DNA of 16,851 bases from Candidatus Dadabacteria bacterium (GCA_040289575.1 PSLL01000009.1:1-16851), one strand, 5' to 3'; shown: positions 8,501 to 16,574, numbered from the stretch's first letter. Notes: a model not told the origin generated them from the sequence alone. Numbers and translations are program-made.

Positions 8501-9310
8501 ATGGGTAAGAATCTATCAAATTCTGTAGCGATTATCACAGGGGCATCGAGCGGAATCGGACGTGAGACGGCGATTCTATTAGCTCAAAAAGGGGTTAAAG
8601 TCACACTTGCGGCAAGAAGAGAAAAAAGGCTTGAGGAGGTAGCAGGGATAATAAACAGACTCGAGAGCGAAGCCCTGGTTATACCTACAGATGTGTCGAG
8701 TCAAACCCAAGTTGAGCGAATGATTGAAAAAACCCTGGAACGATTTGGACGGATTGACATACTTGTAAATAATGCCGGATTCGGACAACTCGCCTCAATT
8801 GAAGAGACCTCACCGGATGATATGCGTGAGATCATGGACGTAAATTTTATGGGAACCTTTTATGCAACAAAAGCGACACTCCCCCAGATGAGAAAGCAGA
8901 GAAGCGGGCACATAATAAACATCTCTTCGGTCGCGGGCAAGCGAGGCTTTCCATTTCTGGGCGCATACTGTGCCACTAAATTCGCGATGAATGCAATTTC
9001 GGAGGCTATGAGAATCGAGCTTACGGGAACGGGTATTTATGTGAGTCTAGTTTATCCTGTTACAACCACAACCGAGTTCTTTGATGTCATAAAAAGCAGG
9101 GTGGGACGAAGGTTTGTAGCTCCGAAGGTCTTCACCCAATCTGCTTATCAAGTCGCCAATGCAATCGTAAAATGCGCCGAGAATCCAAGGCCCGAGGTAC
9201 TCCCATTCCCGCTTGCAAGGGTTTTAATATTGATGAATGCCTCTATACCCGGCGTTCTTGACTTTTTTCTGAGAACGTATTATAAGTCAAAATCAATGAT
9301 AAATAGATGA
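8501..9310 (+). CDS. Short-chain dehydrogenase/reductase (classical, probably NADP(H))
   Basis: TGASSGIG, ARR, NNAG, ISS and YCATK catalytic motif. Confidence 0.95.
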   Translation: MGKNLSNSVAIITGASSGIGRETAILLAQKGVKVTLAARREKRLEEVAGIINRLESEALVIPTDVSSQTQVERMIEKTLERFGRIDILVNNAGFGQLASIEETSPDDMREIMDVNFMGTFYATKATLPQMRKQRSGHIINISSVAGKRGFPFLGAYCATKFAMNAISEAMRIELTGTGIYVSLVYPVTTTTEFFDVIKSRVGRRFVAPKVFTQSAYQVANAIVKCAENPRPEVLPFPLARVLILMNASIPGVLDFFLRTYYKSKSMINR

Positions 9311-9353
9311 TCGTTTGGGTTGACTTAAAATCCTCACGAAATGGAGGTGGTAG

Positions 9354-9797
9354 ATGAAAAGTACTCTGTCCGCAGCCTTTATTGCCTTTATCATACTGTC
9401 CTCTCTAAGGGCACACTGCTTCGCCGAGGAAAGTAGATATCAGGTCGTTATAGAAGAAAGTTACTATAAGGTGAGACCGGAGCACGAAGACGAGTTTCTC
9501 GACCTTTATAAAAAGAAGATCTTCCCTTTCTGGAAGGAGGTAGAAAAAATGGGTCTAACTGACGGTGAGATAAGAATGTATACGCAGAGGATACATACAC
9601 TTCAGCCGTCGTGGACATTTAAAACCGTTGTCAGGTTCAAGGACTATGCCGCAATAGATAAGTGGCTCAAAAAAAGAGACGAAATCTTTATCAAACTCTT
9701 CCCCGAAGAAGGTAGATATAAAAAGTTCGGGAGAAAAATTATGACAATCACTCAAGAGCACTGGGATGAATTTATAAGGGAAATTTCCTTGGAGTAG
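9354..9797 (+). CDS. Exported hypothetical protein, probable dimeric alpha/beta-barrel (NIPSNAP-like) fold
   Basis: SD GGAGGTG; signal peptide MKSTLSAAFIAFIILSSLRAHCFA; YYKVRPEHEDEF...HWDE pattern. Confidence 0.7.
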   Translation: MKSTLSAAFIAFIILSSLRAHCFAEESRYQVVIEESYYKVRPEHEDEFLDLYKKKIFPFWKEVEKMGLTDGEIRMYTQRIHTLQPSWTFKTVVRFKDYAAIDKWLKKRDEIFIKLFPEEGRYKKFGRKIMTITQEHWDEFIREISLE

Positions 9798-9799
9798 AA

Positions 9800-10393
9800 T
9801 TAAACCCCTAATTCCACAACGTTTGCTCCCCTTTCCCTTAGTCTCTTTGCCACCTCTTTAATGTCGCATTTTGTCACAGAGATATAGTATTTTCTCCTAT
9901 CTTTTCTCTCAGACATAACGGATAAAACTTCCCCACCACCGATTTGAATCATCTGAATTATCTCCCAAAGAGTCAGGGAATCTTCTTCAGAGACCTCGAC
10001 TTGTATCTTAATTTGGGATTCTCTAAAGCCAAGGAGATTAATTAAGGCATCAAATATATCGGTTACAGTAATAATTCCGGTCAGTTCCCCAGACTTGGAA
10101 ACTACAGGAAGGGCGTTGAACTTTCCCTTTTCGAGTATCAACATGGCAGCTCCAAGGAAAGCATCCTCCACAATCGTTACAGGATTAATCGTCATAATAT
10201 CTCCCACGGTGAGATTCGGCCTCAGAAGGGTTGTGCGGAGGTCTCTATCCGTAATGATCCCAACGAGCTTGCCATCCTTGAGGACAGGGAATTGGCGAAA
10301 CCCGTGCTTCTTTAACAAATGAAATGCCCTTCTTACCTCAGTGTCAACGGAAACTACTAAAGGATTCCTCGTCATATAATCCCTTACAATCAT
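9800..10393 (-). CDS. AcuB-like protein: CBS pair plus probable C-terminal ACT domain
   Basis: MIVRDYMT, LVGIITDRDL, LTGIITVTDI, followed by a ~70-aa beta-alpha-beta-beta-alpha-beta tail. SD GGAGG. Confidence 0.85.
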   Translation of the reverse strand: MIVRDYMTRNPLVVSVDTEVRRAFHLLKKHGFRQFPVLKDGKLVGIITDRDLRTTLLRPNLTVGDIMTINPVTIVEDAFLGAAMLILEKGKFNALPVVSKSGELTGIITVTDIFDALINLLGFRESQIKIQVEVSEEDSLTLWEIIQMIQIGGGEVLSVMSERKDRRKYYISVTKCDIKEVAKRLRERGANVVELGV

Positions 10394-10493
10394 GGCTCCT
10401 CCCTCAGATTAATTCTAACATTATAACTCTACCCGTTTCTCATTTCTAAGTGATATTAGTTCCAAATTAGATAAAGCTCTTCTCTTCATTCAT

Positions 10494-10928
10494 TCAAAAA
10501 GCGTCCTTAATTCGAGAGACTATTTCGGTGTAGACCTTTTCATCCTTCTTTTTCAAAGCGCGAATCTCGTTAATCATGCGGTTGACGTTTCCAAGAGTAA
10601 CTCCAGAGGGTCTTGAGTCCTGCTTGATCTCTTCGATGCGCCTAATGAGATCAAAGAACTGGTTCAGACCCCCCTTTTCTTCTTCCGTGAGATTCTCAAT
10701 CTTAATTCTGCTGAGGACTATATCCAAGACCTCTATAATCCAACCGAGTTGTCTGCCATAGCTCGCCACACTCTCGATTATCCTTTTCTCTATTTTCGAA
10801 TCGCCGGATTCAACGTTATAGACGTTAATAAATCCCAATTGTTGGTTTAAAGACTTCAACCACAGAGTCCACGGATTGATTACCTGCGACACATCACCCG
10901 ATAATGGAAATCTATTGTTAGCACTCAT
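10494..10928 (-). CDS. Conserved hypothetical protein (SGDVxQxINPW ... SYGRQLG family)
   Basis: SD AAGGAGGT (10943-10936) overlaps the track's GTG at 10937 and points to ATG at 10928. The motif pattern is recalled from uncharacterised proteobacterial proteins. Confidence 0.8.
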   Translation of the reverse strand: MSANNRFPLSGDVSQVINPWTLWLKSLNQQLGFINVYNVESGDSKIEKRIIESVASYGRQLGWIIEVLDIVLSRIKIENLTEEEKGGLNQFFDLIRRIEEIKQDSRPSGVTLGNVNRMINEIRALKKKDEKVYTEIVSRIKDAF

Positions 10929-11034
10929 ATTATACACCTCCTTAAAATTATATTAGACTGTTATAATACATCCTTACGATATTTAAGATAAATTATATGC
11001 GAAATCGCTTTTGCCACTGACTCGCTATTGGATA

Positions 11035-12336
11035 TTAATCCAGATCTAGGACTCTGTCTTTTATGGTAAAATTGAGGTCAATGTAATGCGGTATATCGGC
11101 ATCCTCTAAAACCCTAAGCTCATGGGGGAAACTATGCTGTCCGAGTTCCTTGATGTCCCCCCAGCGATTTACAAGTTCCGTCGCCCCTCTCATATCACCT
11201 TCGGCAAATATCCGAAGGAGATTTGTATTTAAATTCTCAATATCTTCCTCAAGCTTACTTAAATTGATTCTAAATTTCTTCGTCCTTACATCAAACTCGA
11301 CTGAACCACTTTCTTTAAAGTACATATACGCCAAAAATGCCGAAGCGGTATCGGCATAGTTATAGAATCTGTCCCTTCTTATGTATCTAAACATCTCAGA
11401 GATTGAAACCATGTATGCTTTCGCGAGCATATCACCCCTTAGAAGATCATCGGCAAGGCACCTAAGATTGTAGAGGGCTACCATATCCGATTTAAGCTCA
11501 TGGAGAATCAAATAGGTTCTATCAAGCTCCGACATCATCTTCTCAAGTGAATCCACTCCATAGAAATGCCCAATGTCATGGCCCCGAAGCCAGAGGAGTA
11601 AGAGCCCAGCGGTGGTTTTATAATCAAGGTCTTCTATGATTGAGTAATTCTCAATGTATCTCCTTGCAATCTCCCTTGATATGAGTTCAAATCTGCGAAC
11701 GTATACATTTATAAATACAGTCACCATTGAAAGGGTAGATAGATTCTCAGAACCCCCACCTGAAAAAAACACACAAATGGGTTTATGTCTAATATTGAGT
11801 TCTCCAGCAAAAGAGAGTACATCAATACATCTCATAACAGGTACATTGCCCCTAATGAAAGAACCTTTATATTCTTCAGGAATCGGAAGACTTCCGAGAG
11901 AAAAATCCATTTTCTCATCATAAGCCCGAATCAGACTATCAAATGATTTATTAATAACCCCAATCACTCCGGAGTAATATCTGCGATAATTTTTATCTGG
12001 TGAGAAGATTTTGCCTATAGTTAAATCAATATAATCTTCTCCTTTGCGCCTCAGTGTAATGGAGCATAAATCGTATATGCCACGCGCCAGATGGTCTATT
12101 TTCCTTTCTAAATCGAGCCTCTCCTCATCGGATATATAAAGCGCTCCTTTTTTTAAAGTTTCTATTATTCTTCCAAAAAGACTATTCTCCAACACAAAAG
12201 AAGTCTCCCCAGCACATTGGATATGATATAGTGCATCAACATACTCAAGGGCATGGAGGAATGAACGGATTGTCTCCCTTAATTCTCTATCAAAATCCAC
12301 AAATACATCAAATATAGCACTCCGCCTAACACACAT
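11035..12336 (-). CDS. Peptidase M49 (DPP III / NUDT3-type) homolog with degenerate active site
   Basis: LPIPEEYK, AGE, HDIGH (for HExxH), LHELKSDMVALY (for LEExKADxxGL), FRYIR, YFKESG and GD...A..LV..WG C-terminal pattern. SD GAGGGG 8 nt upstream. Confidence 0.7.
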   Translation of the reverse strand: MCVRRSAIFDVFVDFDRELRETIRSFLHALEYVDALYHIQCAGETSFVLENSLFGRIIETLKKGALYISDEERLDLERKIDHLARGIYDLCSITLRRKGEDYIDLTIGKIFSPDKNYRRYYSGVIGVINKSFDSLIRAYDEKMDFSLGSLPIPEEYKGSFIRGNVPVMRCIDVLSFAGELNIRHKPICVFFSGGGSENLSTLSMVTVFINVYVRRFELISREIARRYIENYSIIEDLDYKTTAGLLLLWLRGHDIGHFYGVDSLEKMMSELDRTYLILHELKSDMVALYNLRCLADDLLRGDMLAKAYMVSISEMFRYIRRDRFYNYADTASAFLAYMYFKESGSVEFDVRTKKFRINLSKLEEDIENLNTNLLRIFAEGDMRGATELVNRWGDIKELGQHSFPHELRVLEDADIPHYIDLNFTIKDRVLDLD

Positions 12337-12367
12337 TCATATATCCCCTCTTCGAATTGGCAACACC

Positions 12368-13855
12368 TTATTCGGGAACCGGAGAGACTCTTTTTAGCGC
12401 AGGAGATATTAGATTCGGATGATACTTGTAAATCTCTTTGGCAAGAATTTTTATGATGTTTTTAACGTCCCATTGCGCTCCTTCAGACATCCTGAGATTA
12501 ATGAGATGGTAGAGTTCCCACAGATCAAAACTCCCCATCACACGCCTGTTATGGGCATTTGTGACGACGTAGCTTGCAACCTCAATGAGATTTTCGTCCA
12601 TCAATTTTTCATAGAGCCTTTCGCTTCTTCTTGTGGCTTCCTGAAGCAATTCTCCGGCTCCCGATTGCTTTACGTTTGGAGGCACGGTGATTCCATTTGA
12701 AATGCCCGGCTCCTGTGCAATCCAGTTTACTTTTCTATGTCTCAGGAGTTGGTGCCAGCAGGCTTCGCTTACAATAAACTCAGCCTCGTAGCCGATGAGC
12801 TTAAAAACATTTATTGGATTATCGTACCTTCCGAGTTTTTCTACCGCCTTTTTGAGTAATGCTAATTTGCTTTCCCAGTCCGCCATTCGAGATTCTCTCT
12901 CAACATCCTCATATCTCAAATCGGAGTGGCCGAAGAGAATCGCCTTTATCATCTTATCTACCGCCACATTTTCAGGATTATGCGTATCCTTTCCGGTCCA
13001 GTCCAGTAATCGGATTCCACTCATACCACCACCTTTTCCCCTCGGAATAGAACGGGCCACATATTCAAGCTCCTGCCTCGTCTCCTTGATGTACCTACTT
13101 TCATTGGCGTATTTCACCAAAGTAGGCACAGAGAACCTTACTTCCTTTTTTATCTCCTCAGCCCTTTTTCTTGCCTCCGGATATTTGCTCGAAAGGAGTT
13201 TTGTAATAGACTCCTCAATAGCCCTTGCATTCCCGGTCATTCCTAAATTCGTATATGTTCCAAGGCTAAGAGCATATCTCGCATCCTCAAAAGCGACTTT
13301 TTCTAAAGCCCTAAGATGCATTTTTTCATCCGTTCCTTCCGGAATGAGAATTTCTCTCACAAGATATTCGTAGAGCCTATCGTTTATCCGAACGTATGTA
13401 TCATACAGATAATTGTTCAGATCAATATATTCACGGAGCAAATACGGTTTTTCTTCAAGTTCCTCGGGGATATAAAAATCCCCTCTCTTTGGTTTCTGGT
13501 ATCTCTGCGAATATTCGGTAAATGATAAATACTCGCTTGAGAGCTCCAGGAGCGATGAAAAGAGCCGAGATACCCTTTCAACCCCAATATGTACAGTTGC
13601 GTGCTCTGCAACCGAAGCATGGCCGTAATGAAGAACCCATTTTTCATGAAATTTGGTTGCCCTTTCCTGTCCTAGCTCTTCTTCATTTATCACGACCCCT
13701 ATGTTTTCTCTGAAGCTCTTTGGGCTTCTGCTCACATAGGCGAATATTACCGCTATAACCTCTTCAGGTATATTGCTTACGGTGTATATATCCCTGTCAA
13801 GGTTTGAGACGTATTTTTTTATTTCATCAGGGATTAAATCTTTTTCATCGGCCAT
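12368..13855 (-). CDS. thyX: Flavin-dependent thymidylate synthase, tandem two-domain (Chlamydia-like) type
   Basis: N-domain: YVSRS, YGHASVAEH, SFTEYSQRY, EDARY, TGNAR. C-domain: QLLRHR, LYHLINLR...AQWD. 495 aa. Confidence 0.88.
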   Translation of the reverse strand: MADEKDLIPDEIKKYVSNLDRDIYTVSNIPEEVIAVIFAYVSRSPKSFRENIGVVINEEELGQERATKFHEKWVLHYGHASVAEHATVHIGVERVSRLFSSLLELSSEYLSFTEYSQRYQKPKRGDFYIPEELEEKPYLLREYIDLNNYLYDTYVRINDRLYEYLVREILIPEGTDEKMHLRALEKVAFEDARYALSLGTYTNLGMTGNARAIEESITKLLSSKYPEARKRAEEIKKEVRFSVPTLVKYANESRYIKETRQELEYVARSIPRGKGGGMSGIRLLDWTGKDTHNPENVAVDKMIKAILFGHSDLRYEDVERESRMADWESKLALLKKAVEKLGRYDNPINVFKLIGYEAEFIVSEACWHQLLRHRKVNWIAQEPGISNGITVPPNVKQSGAGELLQEATRRSERLYEKLMDENLIEVASYVVTNAHNRRVMGSFDLWELYHLINLRMSEGAQWDVKNIIKILAKEIYKYHPNLISPALKRVSPVPE

Positions 13856-13880
13856 GTGTCGTCTTCTACCTCCAAAACTT

Positions 13881-14432
13881 TCACCACTTTCTTCCTTCTC
13901 TCCGAGCCCGATTGTAAAACGCCTCCGTCAATGCAGGCGTTATAAAGTTCATAAGAAAGAGTGTTCCTAAGTCCGAGAGGCTAAGGAGTACCTCTCCATC
14001 CTCAGACTCGGTTCCAAGAAGCACAGAAGACAAGTGTCTTGCAAAACAGAGCTGAGCGGCGGAACTTAGGGCATCCTCCCTTTCTCTATCAATCGCTCTA
14101 TATTCTTCTATTCTCTTAAATAACGAATCATTCCATCCTCCGACTTGACTTACAAAATGTCCCATGAATGTCTCAACATCTTCTAAATTCTGAATATAGC
14201 CATTCATTCTGAGTAGAACCGTAAGAGCATGTGAAGTGAAAGAGAGAACTTCTTCTCGGACTCTCTTTTTATTTTCAGGAGTGATTTTATAGAAATATTC
14301 TGCCCACTCGGGCCTTTTAATAATCTCCTCAAACCCATGGTTAAATACATCGGCAATGGCTTCGGCTTTTTTGTATATTTCTGCCGATCTGTTTTTATTC
14401 GTCATAATATTCTTCTCTAAAGAATATATCAA
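13881..14432 (-). CDS. Hypothetical all-helical protein, start uncertain (TTG 14432, ATG 14405, or ATT 14444/14447)
   Basis: 183-aa ORF with natural composition, co-oriented and ending 25 bp before thyX. Confidence 0.7.
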   Translation of the reverse strand: MIYSLEKNIMTNKNRSAEIYKKAEAIADVFNHGFEEIIKRPEWAEYFYKITPENKKRVREEVLSFTSHALTVLLRMNGYIQNLEDVETFMGHFVSQVGGWNDSLFKRIEEYRAIDREREDALSSAAQLCFARHLSSVLLGTESEDGEVLLSLSDLGTLFLMNFITPALTEAFYNRARREGRKW

Positions 14433-14627
14433 AGTTGTCTTAATAATGCTACCCTCCTAATCTTATAAAACCAGGTAATGAAGTGGATGTATATAAATCT
14501 ACATGAATTGTGAGCCTAGTATAGAGATCAACGGTCCTATTTTCATGAAGAGAAATTTTTATTGATATTGGACTGTTTTTTTGATATAAATAGCTTGTGC
14601 ATGAAACCAGATTAGGGAAGTTTAGCA

Positions 14628-15065
14628 ATGACACGACAAGAGTTAGAAAAACTCTGGGCAGACCATATCTCAGGGGAGTTCGTTACGAAGGATGTGGAGG
14701 TAACTTTGGCAACTATGGTGGACGATGCGTACGTCAACCATATGCCAGTCAATACGGGTGGGCGCGGCAAAGACGAATTGCGTGTGTTCTATCGTGACAT
14801 ATTCATTCCCTCGTGGCCTGACGATTTACAGATGGCGCCCATGAACCGTGCCATAGGAGATGAGTAACTGGTTGATGAATTGCACCTCACGTTCACGCAC
14901 AGTAAGCAGATGGATTGGTTTCTGCTGAATGTACTGCCGACAAACAAGAAGGTGGATATTGACCTTGTAGTAGTGGTGCAGTTTCGCGGGGATAAACTTG
15001 CGTCTGAAAGGATTTACTGGGACCAAGCAACGGTGTTGGGGCAAGTAGGATTGCTCAATGATTAA
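14628..15065 (+). pseudogene. SnoaL/NTF2-like ester cyclase-family gene interrupted by an in-frame TAA at 14865-14867
   Basis: ORFs 14628-14867 and 14880-15065 are in the same frame. Readthrough gives ...AIGDE*LVDELHLTFTH...ERIYWDQATVL, a continuous ~145-aa family member. Confidence 0.85.
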
Positions 15066-15091
15066 TGGTTTAATATTCGTGGTTGAATAAG

Positions 15092-15844
15092 CTAAGACAG
15101 GGTGATTCCTTCTTTCACCTTCTTAACTAGATAGGGAAGCACCTGACTCGGTTTTCCATATATGACCGCATCTGCATAATCATCCGCCGTTCCTTCTCTT
15201 TCAGAGATTATTACAACCTTGGCTCCGCTTTCCTTTGCAAGTGTGGGAAAAGAGGAAACAGGTTGAGTGTCGAGAGATGAACCGACAACAAGAAAAAGGT
15301 CACAGTTACGGAGCCGCATCCATGCTTCTCTTACTTCCCAATGAGAAGGCGGCTGTCCGGGAAATGAAATCGGAGGCTTTAGAATATCCTTGCCGCACAC
15401 TTCGCACTCAGGAACCTCTTTTCCCTTTTCAATGGAGGATAGAATCTCATCTATCCGATAGTCTTTTCCACAGCTCGTACAAGTCACCCACAAGATTGTG
15501 CTGTTAAGCTCCATAACTGAGGAACTTCCGGCACGCTGATGTAGTCCGTCAGTTGTTTGTGTAAAAATAGAGTCGAGATTCCCAACCATCTCAAGCTCGG
15601 CAAGCGCTTCATGCGCCGGGTTCGGTCCAGCTTCGGCAAGCATAGGATAGAGTTCTTTTATTTTTCTCCAGTACTGAGCCCTTACGTTCCTATTCGCCCG
15701 AAAATCATTAATATTAGGATTAATCTTGGGATCGGAAAAGTCTGGGACGCCGGATTCGATAGAGAGTTCGGATCCGGTAAGGACAATAATCCTCTTTGAT
15801 TCCTTAATCCAGTCAATTACAGTCTCTATCACATCCTTTCCCAT
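15092..15844 (-). CDS. Sir2/CobB-family sirtuin homolog, predicted catalytically inactive
   Basis: Scaffold motifs SGVPDF, PNPAH, DGLHQRAGS, CxxC...CxxC, VGSSL and AKVVII are present. Catalytic HG is replaced by NS, GAG by GSE, and TQN by TQT. Confidence 0.88.
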   Translation of the reverse strand: MGKDVIETVIDWIKESKRIIVLTGSELSIESGVPDFSDPKINPNINDFRANRNVRAQYWRKIKELYPMLAEAGPNPAHEALAELEMVGNLDSIFTQTTDGLHQRAGSSSVMELNSTILWVTCTSCGKDYRIDEILSSIEKGKEVPECEVCGKDILKPPISFPGQPPSHWEVREAWMRLRNCDLFLVVGSSLDTQPVSSFPTLAKESGAKVVIISEREGTADDYADAVIYGKPSQVLPYLVKKVKEGITLS

Positions 15845-15853
15845 ATAGGTTTG

Positions 15854-15883
15854 ATTATACTATTTGCAGGCAAAAACTGTCAA
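15854..15883 (-). promoter_or_regulatory. Consensus sigma70 promoter of the sirtuin homolog (near-leaderless transcript)
   Basis: TTGACA (15883-15878), 18-nt spacer, TATAAT (15859-15854), 9 nt, then ATG (15844). No SD. Confidence 0.75.
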
Positions 15884-15896
15884 ATAGATTAATTAA

Positions 15897-15909
15897 TTCC
15901 GACTCGGAA
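15897..15909. promoter_or_regulatory. Palindrome TTCCGA-C-TCGGAA in the divergent intergenic region, candidate TF site
   Basis: Perfect 6-bp arms, 13 bp upstream of the sirtuin -35 box. Confidence 0.3.
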
Positions 15910-15982
15910 GGTTAGAGATAAACTTTCCCGTTCCAATTAGCCAATCCCAGATTTGAACTTACTGGGCACGAGGTGTATTTTT

Positions 15983-16574
15983 ATGAACAGAGCTAAGCTA
16001 TGCTTAGAGTTCAAGTAAAATCCTAAATATATTAGTATTGCTTTTTCTACTCGTCTTTCCCACTCCATCCTACTCAAAAACTATATATAAATGGGCTGGC
16101 GAAGACGGGACCATCCACTTTACAGACGACCCTAAAACCATTCCGGAGGATAAAAAATCAAAAACCACTGTAATAGAAGGAGAAGGATTAAAGGAAGAAG
16201 CAGATGTTAATTCTACAAAAACGTCTCCCGTCCCCTCTGAAGAGAAAAATCCGGAGGCGGATTTAGAAAAGGAAAGGGAAGAAGAGGCTCTGAGAGAGAA
16301 TTTTAAAAGCCGCGCGCTTGAGATATATGATAAAGAAAAGGCTCTTCTCGAAGAGATTAAAGTCACAAAGGAACAAATCATCCAGAAGAAAAGAGAGGTT
16401 GACTTTCTGCTCCTAGATGGGTAGTTTGCCGACTACTCTATACAAAAACTCAGATATTTGAATGACTATTTAGCACAGCTAGAAGAGCAGCTCACATTGA
16501 TTAAACAAGAAAGGAAAAGTCTGGAGGAAGAAGCCTGCCGAGAGGAAATCCCGCCCGGATACCTAAGACCATAG
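15983..16574 (+). pseudogene. Exported DUF4124-domain coiled-coil protein gene with a probable 5' frameshift and an internal TAG
   Basis: IYKWAGEDGTIHFTDDP..IP is the DUF4124 signature. SD GAGGTG precedes ATG 15983, which is out of frame with the signal peptide. After TAG 16422-16424 the frame continues FADYSIQ...SLEEEACREEIPPGYLRP to TAG 16572-16574, the family-typical C-terminus. Confidence 0.72.

Noticed and set aside
12795..13373. 192-aa + strand ORF and other antisense ORFs in the track (e.g. 377-742, 4084-4350, 6507-6758, 11654-11923, 16070-16381)
   Set aside because: They lie opposite well-supported genes, many are Ser/Phe/Leu-rich shadows, and none shows recognisable motifs.
14449..14634. 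61-aa minus-strand ORF upstream of the thyX operon
   Set aside because: It overlaps the SnoaL start and an AT-rich divergent promoter region, with no SD or motif.
15092..15844. Anti-phage Sir2 NADase (ThsA/DSR/SIR2-pAgo)
   Set aside because: It has CobB-like size and a Zn ribbon, with no fused or adjacent defence partner genes.
16422..16574. Genome-wide TAG recoding or pyrrolysine
   Set aside because: TAG ends apparently complete genes at 2847-2849, 9795-9797 and 15092-15094. No pyl genes are in view, and the other nonsense lesion is TAA.
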